Assembly: GCA_964344435.1 (NCBI GenBank)
Contig: CAYFNH010000002.1
Location: forward strand, 851 to 64,850
Origin: an uncultured Piscirickettsiaceae bacterium
GTDB taxonomy: Bacteria; Pseudomonadota; Gammaproteobacteria; GCF-002020875
Direction: 5' to 3'
Length of the DNA stretch: 64,000 nucleotides
The notes beneath the pieces were generated by a model. It was not told the DNA's origin, searched no databases, and saw nothing but the letters and a program-made list of their open reading frames with translations. This document shows, in pieces, positions 1-9,944 of the stretch; positions within the stretch are counted from its first letter, which is position 1; each line of letters opens with the position of its first letter. Made by a program: the position numbers and the translations under genes.

Positions 1-624
1 GTCGGGATCGATGCGGTGGTGCTCTCTACCCAGCACGACCCCGAGATCACCCACAAGGATCTGCAGGAGGCGGTGATGGAGGAGATCATCAAGCCAGTAC
101 TCCCCGCCGAGTGGCTCAACGCCAACACCAAATACCACATCAACCCCACCGGCAGTTTTGTGATCGGTGGTCCAGTGGGTGACTGCGGTCTGACCGGGCG
201 CAAGATCATCGTCGACACCTACGGTGGCATGGCCCGCCACGGTGGTGGTGCCTTCTCCGGCAAGGACCCCTCCAAGGTTGACCGCTCCGCCGCCTATGCC
301 GGGCGCTATGTGGCCAAGAACATCGTCGCCGCCGGTCTGGCCGAGCGCTGCGAGATTCAGGTCTCCTACGCCATTGGAGTTGCAGAGCCCACCTCGATCT
401 CGGTTGAAACCTTTGGCACCGGCAAGATTGAGGACAGCAAGATCGAGGCCCTGGTGCGCGAGCACTTCAACCTCAAGCCACGCGGCATTGTCGAGATGCT
501 CGACCTGCTGCGCCCGATCTACCAGAAAACAGCTTACTATGGACACTTCGGTCGTGAAGATGCCGACTTCAGCTGGGAACGTACCGACAAGGCTGCAGCA
601 CTGAAGGAGGCCGCTGGAGTGTAA
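1..624 (+). CDS. metK: S-adenosylmethionine synthetase, C-terminal part (5' end outside window)
   Basis: Frame-1 translation [14 protein letters not shown]...[50 protein letters not shown] matches the conserved MetK C-terminal half. Track ORF 16..624 is the same frame from an internal GTG. Confidence 0.9.
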   Translation, partial: VGIDAVVLSTQHDPEITHKDLQEAVMEEIIKPVLPAEWLNANTKYHINPTGSFVIGGPVGDCGLTGRKIIVDTYGGMARHGGGAFSGKDPSKVDRSAAYAGRYVAKNIVAAGLAERCEIQVSYAIGVAEPTSISVETFGTGKIEDSKIEALVREHFNLKPRGIVEMLDLLRPIYQKTAYYGHFGREDADFSWERTDKAAALKEAAGV

Positions 625-667
625 AACAGCGTCTCTGCGTCTTTGCGCGAGAATTGCTTTTCGCTGT

Positions 668-724
668 TTCCGGGGAGCGCTGCAACGATCTATCCGATCG
701 CCAGGCCCGGAAGCGGTGCACCAC
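668..724 (+). promoter_or_regulatory. Candidate SAH (S-adenosylhomocysteine) riboswitch in the ahcY leader
   Basis: CCGGGGAGCGCUGCAACGAUCUAUCCGAUCGCCAGGCCCGGAAGCGGUGCACCAC. P1 CCGGG/CCCGG, GAGCGCUGC core, internal hairpin CGAUC/GAUCG, CAGGCCCGGAA and a GCGGUGC tail fit the SAH element as I recall it. It sits ~40 nt upstream of the ahcY start. Confidence 0.5.
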
Positions 725-765
725 ATTATCAACTGCGCTCTCGATCTTATTAAACAGGAGATAGC

Positions 766-2184
766 ATGAGTAATATCGAGATCACAGACAACTATATCGT
801 CGCGGACATGAGCCTCAAGGAGTGGGGCCACAAGGAGTTGCGCATCGCCGAGGTGGAGATGCCCGGACTGATGGCGCTACGCAACAAATATGGCGAGGAG
901 AAACCGCTACAGGGGGCGAAAATCGCCGGTTCACTGCACATGACCATCCAGACTGCGGCCCTGATCGAGACCCTGACCGCACTCGGGGCCGAGGTGCGCT
1001 GGGCCTCCTGCAACATCTACTCTACCCAGGATCACGCCGCCGCCGCGATTGCCGATCAGGGCATCCCGGTCTTTGCCTACAAGGGAGAGAGCCTGGAGGA
1101 TTACTGGCAGTACACCCACAAGATCATGGAGTGGGGGGATGCCACCGAGAGCGGTGGTCCCAACATGATTCTGGACGATGGAGGGGACGCCACCCTGCTG
1201 TTGATCCTCGGTTCCAAGGCGGAGAAAGATCTCTCCGTACTCGATAATCCGGAGAGCGAAGAAGAGACCGTACTCTACGCCGCAATCAAGGCGAAACTGG
1301 CGGAGAGCCCGAACTGGTATTCGGAAAAACTGGCCGGTGTACAAGGGGTCACCGAGGAGACCACCACCGGTGTTCACCGTCTCTACCAGATGGAGGAGGC
1401 AGGTGAGTTGCCGTTCCCGGCCATCAACGTCAATGACTCGGTCACCAAGTCCAAGTTCGACAACCTCTACGGCTGTCGAGAGTCCCTGGTTGATGGCATC
1501 AAACGTGCCACCGACGTGATGATTGCCGGAAAGATTGCGCTCGTGCTCGGTTACGGAGACGTCGGTAAAGGGTGTGCTCAATCGCTACGCGGCCTCGGTG
1601 CCACCGTATGGGTCACCGAAATCGACCCCATCTGCGCGCTGCAGGCGTCAATGGAGGGATACCGCGTCGTAACCATGGATGAGGCCGCTTCACAAGCGGA
1701 CATCTTCGTCACCGCAACCGGTAACTTCAACGTCATCACCCATGACCACATGGTGCAGATGAAGCACGAGTCGATTGTCTGCAACATCGGTCACTTCGAC
1801 AACGAGATCGATGTCGCCAACATGAAGCAGTACGAGTGGGAGAACATCAAGCCTCAGGTCGACCACATCACCCTGCCCAGCGGCAACAAGATCATTCTTC
1901 TTGCCGAAGGTCGCTTGGTCAATCTGGGTTGTGCCACCGGCCACCCCAGCTTTGTGATGTCCAACTCCTTCACCAACCAGACCCTGGCACAGATGGAGCT
2001 GTTCAATCAGGATGGTAGCTACGAGAACAAGGTCTACACCCTGCCCAAGCACCTTGATGAGGAGGTGGCCCGCCACCACCTGGAGAAGATCGGAGCCCAC
2101 CTCACCACGCTGAGCCAGAAACAGGCAGACTACATCAGCGTACCAGTTCAAGGCCCCTACAAGCCTGACCACTACCGCTACTAA
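766..2184 (+). CDS. ahcY: adenosylhomocysteinase
   Basis: 472 aa; translation matches the SAH hydrolase family, including the NAD-binding region ([18 protein letters not shown]). Confidence 0.95.
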   Translation: MSNIEITDNYIVADMSLKEWGHKELRIAEVEMPGLMALRNKYGEEKPLQGAKIAGSLHMTIQTAALIETLTALGAEVRWASCNIYSTQDHAAAAIADQGIPVFAYKGESLEDYWQYTHKIMEWGDATESGGPNMILDDGGDATLLLILGSKAEKDLSVLDNPESEEETVLYAAIKAKLAESPNWYSEKLAGVQGVTEETTTGVHRLYQMEEAGELPFPAINVNDSVTKSKFDNLYGCRESLVDGIKRATDVMIAGKIALVLGYGDVGKGCAQSLRGLGATVWVTEIDPICALQASMEGYRVVTMDEAASQADIFVTATGNFNVITHDHMVQMKHESIVCNIGHFDNEIDVANMKQYEWENIKPQVDHITLPSGNKIILLAEGRLVNLGCATGHPSFVMSNSFTNQTLAQMELFNQDGSYENKVYTLPKHLDEEVARHHLEKIGAHLTTLSQKQADYISVPVQGPYKPDHYRY

Positions 2185-2203
2185 AAAGCGGCCTCACGCA
2201 AAG

Positions 2204-2246
2204 CCGCCAAGACGCAATATATTGTGTCTTGGCGGCTTTATTTTTT
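2204..2246 (+). terminator. Rho-independent terminator after ahcY
   Basis: Stem GCCGCCAAGAC / GTCTTGGCGGC, ~11-nt loop, followed by TTTATTTTTT. Confidence 0.7.
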
Positions 2247-2370
2247 GCAGAACAACACCGTCACTGCTACTGTTTCAGAATATTTATCAGCAATCTCTTT
2301 CATTTCTCTTGGTGCCTTTGCGCCTTTGCGTGAGAATGCTGTTCTTGTCTCATTAACAAGGTTAAACACG

Positions 2371-3222
2371 ATGAATAGCACCGCCCTCCAATTCAGCCTC
2401 GAATTCTTTCCCCCCAAAACCGACAAGGGACGAGAAAATCTGGCGAACACCCAGAAAACCCTGTTCGATGCAATACAACCCGCCTACGCCTCGGTCACCT
2501 TCGGGGCTGGCGGCAGTACTCAGGAGGGTACCTACGATGCGGTGATGGCGATACACCAACAGGGGATCGAGGCGGCTCCTCACCTCTCCTGTATCGGCTC
2601 CACCCGCGATGAACTCCGCAACATCCTCAATCGCTACAAGGATCAGGGCATCCACCGCATTGTTGCACTACGGGGCGACATGCCCTCCGGCATGGGAGCC
2701 GCCGGAGATTTTCGTTATGCCAATGAGCTGGTGGCATTCATTCGTGAAGAGACCGGCAATCACTTCCATATCGAGGTGGCGGCCTATCCCGAATTTCATC
2801 CACAGGCAGCGGATGCCTTCACCGACCTGCAGAACTTCAAGCGCAAGGTGGAGGCAGGCGCAGACAGCGCCATCACCCAGTATTTTTACAATATTGACGC
2901 TTATCTTCGCTTCAATGAGGAGTGCGCACTGATGGGGCTGGATCTGCCGATCGTCCCCGGCATCATGCCGATCACCAACTACACCAACCTTGCCCGCTTT
3001 TCCGAAATGTGCGGGGCGGAGATTCCTCGCTGGATTCGCGAACGGTTGGTTGCATATAGAGATGACACCGACTCACTGCGCTCCTTCGGGCTGGAGGTAA
3101 CCACCCGCCTCTGCCAGGATCTGCTCAGTGCCGGTGCCCCGGGGCTTCATTTCTACACCATGAACCAGTCTGCAGCAACGCTGGAGGTATTTAGCCATCT
3201 CGATCTGCAAGAAGAGAGATAA
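2371..3222 (+). CDS. metF: 5,10-methylenetetrahydrofolate reductase
   Basis: MNSTALQFSLEFFPPKT... matches the typical MetF N-terminus. ATG at 2371 lies inside track ORF 2224..3222; the upstream ORF extension reads through the ahcY terminator. Confidence 0.9.
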   Translation: MNSTALQFSLEFFPPKTDKGRENLANTQKTLFDAIQPAYASVTFGAGGSTQEGTYDAVMAIHQQGIEAAPHLSCIGSTRDELRNILNRYKDQGIHRIVALRGDMPSGMGAAGDFRYANELVAFIREETGNHFHIEVAAYPEFHPQAADAFTDLQNFKRKVEAGADSAITQYFYNIDAYLRFNEECALMGLDLPIVPGIMPITNYTNLARFSEMCGAEIPRWIRERLVAYRDDTDSLRSFGLEVTTRLCQDLLSAGAPGLHFYTMNQSAATLEVFSHLDLQEER

Positions 3223-3224
3223 CC

Positions 3225-3761
3225 ATGGGACAGAAATATCCGGCACTGGAACCGAAACATATCGAATTTATCGAGCAGCAGCCGCTCTTCTTTGTTGCCA
3301 CTGCCCCCAGAGAGGGGCATATCAACCTCTCTCCCAAGGGTTATGACTCCCTGCGGGTGCTGGGGCCCAACCGAATCATCTGGCTCAACCTCACCGGTAG
3401 TGGCAACGAGACCGCCGCCCATCTACTGGAAGATGAGCGCATGACGCTGATGTTCAACTCCTTTGCAGACTCCCCGCTGATTTTGCGCACCTATGGCACC
3501 GCTACTGCGGTCTATCCCGACCAACCGGAGTGGGAAGACCTCTATGCCCACTTCCCCGATAATGATGGCCACCGCCAGATCTTCGACCTGAAGATTGAGC
3601 TGGTACACACCTCCTGCGGTTTTGGTGTGCCCAAGATGGAGTGGATCGAAACCCGCCCCCACCTTGAGCGCTGGATCGAAAAGAAGGGAGTCAAAGGGAT
3701 CCAGCAATATCAGCACGAGAAGAATGAGATCAGTATGGATGGCAAGCCAACGCGCAAGTAG
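3225..3761 (+). CDS. pyridoxamine 5'-phosphate oxidase-family (FMN-binding split barrel) protein
   Basis: 178 aa; PLFFVATAPREGHINLSPKG...LTGSGNETAAHL pattern is typical of the PNPOx-like family. Confidence 0.6.
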   Translation: MGQKYPALEPKHIEFIEQQPLFFVATAPREGHINLSPKGYDSLRVLGPNRIIWLNLTGSGNETAAHLLEDERMTLMFNSFADSPLILRTYGTATAVYPDQPEWEDLYAHFPDNDGHRQIFDLKIELVHTSCGFGVPKMEWIETRPHLERWIEKKGVKGIQQYQHEKNEISMDGKPTRK

Positions 3762-3921
3762 CCATGATTTGAAAAGTAATGGCAGCTCCTGTCTGCGACA
3801 CGCTCAAGCACATCCCTGTGTCGCTCGACTGTGGGCATCCTTGCCCACAGACGGCCGCAGATCAGGACTGCCATTACTTTATAGATAGATGATTTATAAT
3901 CGATATTCTTTTGTTTCAGAC

Positions 3922-3960
3922 AAAAAAATGCCGGTTCGAGCGGGGGAAGCTCGAACCGGC
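3922..3960 (-). terminator. Orphan Rho-independent terminator on the minus strand
   Basis: On the minus strand: perfect 12-bp stem GCCGGTTCGAGC/GCTCGAACCGGC, loop TTCCCCC, followed by TTTTTTT. A second hairpin (GTGACAGG...CCTGTCAC, ~3961-3998) precedes it. No annotated minus-strand gene ends here. Confidence 0.5.
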
Positions 3961-4238
3961 GGTGACAGGTCTTAAATTGGGGGAAAGAGCCTGTCACAAT
4001 GAGCCTTGATGATCAGGATGCCTGAGGAGGAGGGTGGCAGTCACTGATCAGCTCAGTGCGTATATTATAATTCTATGATATAGACAAAAGCAACCTCTTT
4101 TTCCAATTTTTTTGTTCTCTTGTTTTCTCTGTCGACAAAGCAACCACAACGGATCCGAACAACAAAATGTCGGTTGCACAAGGGGCCTCTGGCCAGCCTG
4201 AAAAGGTCGTAAATCGATTATAATACTGCATAACCATC

Positions 4239-4964
4239 ATGCCTCTACCAAGAATCTACAGCCCCACCTCCCTCCATCCGGGTGCAACCATCCAGCTGGA
4301 ACCCTCGGCGCAGCGACATGCGATACAGGTTCTACGTTTGAAGGTTGGGGCACGGCTGCGGCTATTTGATGGAGAAGGGGGGGAGTTTAACGCCACGATT
4401 ACGGAAATTGACCGCAAGAAAACCACCGTAACTCTGCAACAGGCACATCAATCACGCTGCGAGAGCCCACTTCACACCCATCTCTATCAAGGGATTTCCA
4501 AGGGCGAGCGGATGGACTATGCCATCCAGAAGGCAGTGGAACTGGGCGTCAACGAGATCACCCCGCTGTTCTGTGAACGTAGCGTGGTCAAGCTGGATGC
4601 AAAGCGGCTACAGAAAAAACTGGATCACTGGCAGGGGGTTATCATCTCCGCCTGTGAGCAGTGTGGGCGCAGCCAGCTACCACGACTCCATCCAGGCAGA
4701 ACCTTTGAACAAGTCCGAACCCTGACTGATCAGAGCGGATTCCTGCTCAACCCCGAGGCCGCTACCCGGCTATCCGAGCACGCCTCACCACCGACCCGCT
4801 GTGCCCTGCTGATTGGCCCCGAAGGGGGGCTCTCTGCCAGCGAAATCGAACAAGCAGAGGCGGGAGGCTGGTTGGGGGTACGATTTGGCCCCCGCATCCT
4901 GCGCACTGAAACCGCCACCGTCGTGGCCCTTACCGCCCTGCAACAGCACTGGGGCGACCTCTAA
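4239..4964 (+). CDS. rsmE: 16S rRNA (uracil1498-N3)-methyltransferase
   Basis: 241 aa with the RsmE family pattern (MPLPRIY..., ...ALLIGPEGGLSASEIEQA...). Confidence 0.85.
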   Translation: MPLPRIYSPTSLHPGATIQLEPSAQRHAIQVLRLKVGARLRLFDGEGGEFNATITEIDRKKTTVTLQQAHQSRCESPLHTHLYQGISKGERMDYAIQKAVELGVNEITPLFCERSVVKLDAKRLQKKLDHWQGVIISACEQCGRSQLPRLHPGRTFEQVRTLTDQSGFLLNPEAATRLSEHASPPTRCALLIGPEGGLSASEIEQAEAGGWLGVRFGPRILRTETATVVALTALQQHWGDL

Positions 4965-4967
4965 ATC

Positions 4968-6284
4968 TTGAATACCATGCCAACCACACACGTCCCACAC
5001 CTCACCACCGCACTCACTGGCCCACTGCTGGAGATCGAGAGTCACCTGCTGGCCCGGCAGGCCGAGATCGAGACCTGGTTCCGCAGCCAGTGGCGGCAGA
5101 CCCCTGCCCCGTTCTACACCTCGGTCGATCTACGCAATGCCGGCTTCAAACTGGCTCCGGTCGATACCAACCTGTTCCCTGCCGGCTTCAACAATCTCAA
5201 CCCCGCCTTCTTCCCACTCTCGGTACAGGCGATCCAGAATGCGATTGAGCGCATCTGCCCGACCGCCTGCAATGTACTGATCATTCCGGAAAATCATACC
5301 CGTAACCTGTTCTATCTGGAGAGCCTGGCCACCCTGCAGCAAATTCTTTCCCATGCCGGTTTCCATGCACGCATTGGCTCGCTAATGGAGTCGCTGGACA
5401 CCCCGCAGTCGATCGATCTACCCTCCGGGGGAGCGCTCGTTCTGGAACCGGTAGTTCGCAATGGAGAGAATATAGAACTCAAAGGGGAGGATGGCACCCC
5501 CTTTCACCCTTGCGTCATCGTGATGAACAACGATCTCTCCGATGGCATTCCACAGCCGTTGCAGGGTATCGACCAGAACATTATCCCGCCGCTGGAGCTG
5601 GGCTGGGGTCAGCGCAGAAAATCGACCCACTTCCAGCACTACCACCAGATCACGCAGGAGTTTGCACAGTTACTGCAGATCGACCCCTGGCTGATCGATC
5701 CGATGTTCGAGAAGTGTGGCGAGATCGACTTCAAGAACCGTGAAGGGGAGGAGTGCCTGGCTGCCCATGTCGACCATCTCCTGGGAGAGATCCAGAAAAA
5801 GTATGACCAGTACCATGTCGATCGTCCCCCTTTCGTACTGGTCAAGGCCGATGCCGGTACCTACGGCATGGGGATCATGACCATCCACAGCGCCGATGAG
5901 ATCCATGAGCTCAACCGCAAACAGCGCAACAAGATGGCAAAAAGCAAGGGGGGGCAATCAGTTACTGATGTCATCATTCAGGAGGGAGTCTACACCTTCG
6001 AGACCCTGGGTGAAGAGCAGGCCGTGGCCGAGCCGGTGGTCTACATGATGGATCACCATGTCATCGGTGGCTTCTACCGGGTGCATACCGCGCGCGGCCC
6101 CAATGAAAATCTGAACGCCCCCGGCATGCACTTCGAGCCCCTCGCCTTTGCCAACCCGCTCAACCTGCCCGATCAGAACCGGGCCCCGGATGCAGAGCCC
6201 AACCGCTTCTACGCCTATGGGGTGATTGCACGACTGGCGATGCTGGCCGCTGCACGGGAAATTCGTGAGGTGATTGGGGCATGA
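4968..6284 (+). CDS. gshA: glutamate--cysteine ligase-like protein (short form, ~435 aa)
   Basis: ~438 aa, ATP-grasp-like. Sits immediately upstream of and overlapping gshB. Track ORF starts at TTG 4968; an ATG at 4977 (MPTTHV...) is the more likely start. Confidence 0.65.
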   Translation: MNTMPTTHVPHLTTALTGPLLEIESHLLARQAEIETWFRSQWRQTPAPFYTSVDLRNAGFKLAPVDTNLFPAGFNNLNPAFFPLSVQAIQNAIERICPTACNVLIIPENHTRNLFYLESLATLQQILSHAGFHARIGSLMESLDTPQSIDLPSGGALVLEPVVRNGENIELKGEDGTPFHPCVIVMNNDLSDGIPQPLQGIDQNIIPPLELGWGQRRKSTHFQHYHQITQEFAQLLQIDPWLIDPMFEKCGEIDFKNREGEECLAAHVDHLLGEIQKKYDQYHVDRPPFVLVKADAGTYGMGIMTIHSADEIHELNRKQRNKMAKSKGGQSVTDVIIQEGVYTFETLGEEQAVAEPVVYMMDHHVIGGFYRVHTARGPNENLNAPGMHFEPLAFANPLNLPDQNRAPDAEPNRFYAYGVIARLAMLAAAREIREVIGA

Positions 6285-7231
6285 TCAAGCTGGGCATGGT
6301 GATGGATCCGATCCAGGCAATCCATCCACAGAAGGACAGCAGCCTGGCTATGTTGCTGGAGGCGCAGCGACGTGGCTGGGCACTTCACTATATGGAGATG
6401 GATGACCTCTTTCTCTCTGATGGTGTGGTGCAGACCAACACCCACCCCCTGCAGGTCATCGATGACATCAACCACTGGTACACCCTGGGAGACCGGCAGA
6501 CCCTCGCCCTGAGTGAGCTGGATGTAATCCTGATGCGCAAGGATCCCCCGTTTGACCGCGAATACCTCTACGCCACCCATCTGCTGGAGCTGGCCGAGGT
6601 GGCCGGTGTGGTGGTGGTCAACAAGCCACAATCACTACGGGACTTCAACGAAAAGCTGGCCACCGCCTGGTTTCCCGACCTCACCCCCCCGATGCTGGTC
6701 ACCCGCAACCACCAGCAGATACGGGAGTTCCTCACCCAGCATGGGGAGATCATTCTCAAACCACTCGATGCCATGGGGGGCAGCTCGATCTTTCGCCTGC
6801 AGGCGGGTGACCCCAACAGTGGAGTTATCATCGAGACCCTGACCCAACACGGTGCCCACTACACCATGGTACAGCGCTACATTCCGGAAATCCGCGAGGG
6901 CGACAAACGCATTCTGCTGATTGATGGAGAGCCGGTACCCTATGCACTGGCCCGCATTCCGGCCGAGGGAGAACACCGTGGCAACCTCGCCGCCGGAGGA
7001 CATGGTGAGGGCCAGCCGCTCTCTCCTCGAGACTACGAAATCGTGGAGCAGGTCGCCCCCACCCTGCGGGAGAAGGGGCTACTCTTCGTCGGGCTGGATG
7101 TGATCGGTGACTACCTGACCGAGATCAACATCACCAGCCCCACCTGTATCCGTGAGCTGGACAAACAATTTGGACTCAATATCGCCGGGCAGTTGATGGA
7201 TGTGATTGAGGAAAAGCTTTGCAACGCGTAG
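6281..7231 (+). CDS. gshB: glutathione synthetase
   Basis: 316 aa; MIKLGMVMDPIQAIHPQKDSS...GDKRILLIDGEPVPYALARIP...GGHGEG matches GshB and its ATP-grasp motifs. Confidence 0.92.
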   Translation: MIKLGMVMDPIQAIHPQKDSSLAMLLEAQRRGWALHYMEMDDLFLSDGVVQTNTHPLQVIDDINHWYTLGDRQTLALSELDVILMRKDPPFDREYLYATHLLELAEVAGVVVVNKPQSLRDFNEKLATAWFPDLTPPMLVTRNHQQIREFLTQHGEIILKPLDAMGGSSIFRLQAGDPNSGVIIETLTQHGAHYTMVQRYIPEIREGDKRILLIDGEPVPYALARIPAEGEHRGNLAAGGHGEGQPLSPRDYEIVEQVAPTLREKGLLFVGLDVIGDYLTEINITSPTCIRELDKQFGLNIAGQLMDVIEEKLCNA

Positions 7232-7336
7232 ATGCAGAGATAATCGATAACAGGAATCCTTCATCGTTGCGTAATTATTTGCAGTTTCTACCCCCTCCCC
7301 AACCCTCCCCCTGCAAGGGGGAGGGAGCCTGGAGCA

Positions 7337-7368
7337 TCTTTGCGTCTTTGCGTCTTTGCGTCTTTGCG
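7337..7368. repeat. Perfect 4x tandem 8-bp repeat (TCTTTGCG)4
   Basis: Direct read: TCTTTGCGTCTTTGCGTCTTTGCGTCTTTGCG, just downstream of the gshB stop and a CCCTCCCCC-TGCAA-GGGGGAGGG hairpin. It overlaps the predicted signal-peptide coding start of apbE. Confidence 0.9.
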
Positions 7369-8376
7369 TTAAGCGCTTTTCTGTTAAGCAGTTGTAGTCA
7401 GCCTCCGAGACTGTACCAAGATCAGTTTCTCGCCTTCGGAACGGTGGTCTCTCTTTCCATCTGGGGAGCCCGCGATCAACAAAATGCCGAGGCCAGCCGC
7501 CTGATTCGGGAAGACTTTGCCGCAATGCACGACACCTGGCATGCCTGGAAGAAGGGGGGGCTGCTGGGGGAGATCAACCACAACATCGCCACCGGAAAGG
7601 CAACACAACTCTCTGCAGAGGCCGCCACCCTGCTGCAACGGACAGCGGAACTCTCCCGCCAGAGTAACCACCTCTTCAATCCGGCGATTGGCAAACTGAT
7701 CGCCCTGTGGGGCTTTCATGGCGAGCAGCGGAAGGGGCCACCGCCTACCCAGATGGAGATTGATGCGCTACTGCAGGCCGACCCGACCCTCGACAACCTC
7801 AATTTTGAATCCGGAACCGTCTCTGCCAGCAACCCTGAGGTGAAGATCGACCTCGGCGGCATCGCCAAGGGGTATGCCGTGGATCGTGCCATTGAGCAGC
7901 TCAAACAGCTTGGCATTAAAGATGCCATTGTCAACACCGGAGGGGATCTACGCGCCATTGGTGCCCGTGGTGAGCGCAAATGGAACATCGGCATCCGCTC
8001 TCCCGATGGTGGAGAGCCTGTCGCCTCACTACAGCCCCAGGGGGATGAGTCGATCTTCACCTCCGGTGACTATGAGCGGATGTTTGAATATAACGGGGAA
8101 CGCTACCACCACATCATCAACCCCCGCACCGGCTGGCCCGCGACAGGCACCCACTCGGTCACCGTCATTCATCCAAGTGCCACCGTGGCCGATGCCGCCG
8201 CTACCGCCCTGCTGATCGCCACACCAGAACAACGCTCGACCATTGCCCGGCAGATGGGAATCGAGCAGTTGCTGATTATCGATGCGGCCGGTGTATACCA
8301 TCTGACCGATGCTATGAAACAGCGGCTTACCCTGCTCCGGCCTCCCCCACAAATGGTACCAGTGGTGCTAAGATAA
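7348..8376 (+). CDS. apbE: FAD:protein FMN transferase (ApbE family lipoprotein)
   Basis: Body matches ApbE (…GGIAKGYAVDRA…, …GDLRAIG…). Track ORF 7219..8376 has no ATG near the N-terminus and reads through a hairpin and tandem repeat. An in-frame TTG at 7348 gives (M)RLCVFALSAFLLSSCSQ, a lipoprotein-like signal. Start is uncertain. Confidence 0.75.
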   Translation: MRLCVFALSAFLLSSCSQPPRLYQDQFLAFGTVVSLSIWGARDQQNAEASRLIREDFAAMHDTWHAWKKGGLLGEINHNIATGKATQLSAEAATLLQRTAELSRQSNHLFNPAIGKLIALWGFHGEQRKGPPPTQMEIDALLQADPTLDNLNFESGTVSASNPEVKIDLGGIAKGYAVDRAIEQLKQLGIKDAIVNTGGDLRAIGARGERKWNIGIRSPDGGEPVASLQPQGDESIFTSGDYERMFEYNGERYHHIINPRTGWPATGTHSVTVIHPSATVADAAATALLIATPEQRSTIARQMGIEQLLIIDAAGVYHLTDAMKQRLTLLRPPPQMVPVVLR

Positions 8377-8380
8377 CCTC

Positions 8381-8959
8381 ATGAGTCGCAAGATCCACCC
8401 CAAAGAGCACTATCTTGGCAACCACCTGCTGATTGCGATGCCCTCGCTCCAAGATAGCAACTTTGACCATACCGTTTCTCTGATCTGTGAACACAATGAG
8501 GAGGGTGCTATGGGCTTTGTCCTCAACCGCCCCACCTCTCTGCCAATTCATGACCTCTTCGACCATATGGATATCGCGGTCACGGTTCCACTCAGCTCAC
8601 AACAGATGCTGCATACCGGCGGACCGGTACAGCCCGAGCGCGGCTTTGTCATCCACTCCCCGGTGGGGGAGTGGGAGTCCACCCTGGAGTTGACCCCGGA
8701 GATCGGCATCACCGCCTCACGCGACATCCTCTTTGCCATTGCCAATGGCGACGGCCCGGAGAAACAGATCATCACCCTTGGCTATGCGGGCTGGGGGGCA
8801 GGCCAGCTCGAACGGGAATTTTCCGAAAACAGCTGGCTCAGCGTCGAAGCATCCGAAGAACTGATCTTTGATACCGACAACACCCTGCTCTGGCAACGCT
8901 CTGCCGACCAACTGGGCATCGACATCAACACCCTCACCACTCAGGCAGGGCATGCCTGA
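8381..8959 (+). CDS. yqgE: YqgE/AlgH family protein (UPF0301)
   Basis: 192 aa; NHLLIAMPSLQDSNFDHTVSLICEHNEEGAMGFVLNRP is the family signature. Confidence 0.85.
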   Translation: MSRKIHPKEHYLGNHLLIAMPSLQDSNFDHTVSLICEHNEEGAMGFVLNRPTSLPIHDLFDHMDIAVTVPLSSQQMLHTGGPVQPERGFVIHSPVGEWESTLELTPEIGITASRDILFAIANGDGPEKQIITLGYAGWGAGQLEREFSENSWLSVEASEELIFDTDNTLLWQRSADQLGIDINTLTTQAGHA

Positions 8960-8983
8960 TTCAGCGGATGGTGACCGTGGGTA

Positions 8984-9436
8984 GTGGCTAGTACGCATGA
9001 ACGCACACTGCTGGGATTTGATCTGGGCACCCACCGCATCGGCGTCGCCATCGGACAGGAGCTGACCCGGTCGGCCCGCCCCCTGACCACCCTCCAGCGC
9101 AAGAACAAAAAGTCGGACTGGGAGAGGATTGAAATGCTATTGCATGAGTGGGGCGCCAGTGCTGCGGTAGTGGGTATCCCGCTGCAGCAGGATGGCAGTG
9201 AGCAGGAGATGTCCCGGCTGGCACGAAAATTTTGCAACCAGTTGCGCGGACGTTTCAATATAACTGTCCATGAAATCGATGAGAGGCTGACCTCGATCGA
9301 AGCGGAGTCTATAATCCGTGCCAACCGCGGAGGCCGACGCCCCGCCGAGGAGCGGGATATCGATGCCGTAGCGGCAACCCGAATCCTGCAGAGTTGGCTC
9401 AACCAGAGCGCAAGTGAGGGTAAGCATGGACCATAG
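8984..9436 (+). CDS. ruvX: Holliday junction resolvase-like putative pre-16S rRNA nuclease
   Basis: 150 aa; [16 protein letters not shown]... is the YqgF/RuvX N-terminal motif. GTG start. Confidence 0.85.
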   Translation: MASTHERTLLGFDLGTHRIGVAIGQELTRSARPLTTLQRKNKKSDWERIEMLLHEWGASAAVVGIPLQQDGSEQEMSRLARKFCNQLRGRFNITVHEIDERLTSIEAESIIRANRGGRRPAEERDIDAVAATRILQSWLNQSASEGKHGP

Positions 9437-9944
9437 TGCAGTAGAAGACATGTCGGTTGACACACTGATCGAACAGATGGCCTCGCAGCTGCGTGAGCAG
9501 TTTGCCGACCGTCTTGAACGGGTCATCATTATCGGCATCCATACCGGCGGAACCTGGGTTGCAGAGCGCCTGCACCAGCTACTGGAGAACCCCAACCCAC
9601 TGGGGGAGCTCAACATCTCCTTCTATCGCGATGACTTTACCCGGGTAGGACTTCACCCCCAGGTATCCCCCTCCAACCTCCCCTGTGACATTGATGGTGC
9701 AGAGATCATACTGGTCGACGATGTACTCTACTCGGGCCGTACCATTCGTGCTGCACTCAATGAGATCTTTGACTATGGTCGCCCCGCCCAAGTGACCCTG
9801 GCGGTGCTGGTGGATCGTGATGAGCGCGAGCTGCCGATCCGGGCCGATGTAACCGGCAGCCGGATCACGTTGCAGGCAGAGCAGCAGATCAAGCTGCGTG
9901 GTCCCGCCCCACTCCAGCTTCAACTGCAAGAGGTGGAGGCGTGA
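9414..9944 (+). CDS. pyrR: bifunctional pyr operon regulator / uracil phosphoribosyltransferase
   Basis: PRTase motif [19 protein letters not shown], ~170 aa. True start is probably an internal Met (MDHSAV or MSVDTL). Overlaps the ruvX end. Confidence 0.85.
   Translation: MRVSMDHSAVEDMSVDTLIEQMASQLREQFADRLERVIIIGIHTGGTWVAERLHQLLENPNPLGELNISFYRDDFTRVGLHPQVSPSNLPCDIDGAEIILVDDVLYSGRTIRAALNEIFDYGRPAQVTLAVLVDRDERELPIRADVTGSRITLQAEQQIKLRGPAPLQLQLQEVEA

Noticed and set aside
224-604. Pro/Arg-rich 126-aa ORF and many similar ORFs in alternative frames (e.g. 822..1247, 931..1581, 9955..10683, 46835..47473, 38586..40307)
   Set aside because: They lie entirely inside or antisense to well-supported conserved genes. 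Their composition (P/R/A/G-rich) is the usual off-frame artefact of a high-GC genome.
2224-2370. N-terminal extension of the metF track ORF (MSWRLYFLQNNTV…)
   Set aside because: The extension starts inside the ahcY terminator hairpin. A conserved MetF N-terminus (MNSTALQFSLEFFPP) begins at the internal ATG 2371.
7219-7347. N-terminal extension of apbE track ORF (MQRVDAEIIDN…PPPQPSPCKGEGAW…)
   Set aside because: It overlaps the gshB stop, reads through a strong hairpin and the 8-bp tandem repeat, and has no ATG. The internal TTG gives a proper lipoprotein signal.
9414-9440. Possible PyrR-binding attenuator RNA upstream of pyrB
   Set aside because: pyrR and pyrB overlap (translationally coupled). 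There is no room or hairpin signature for a Bacillus-type attenuator.
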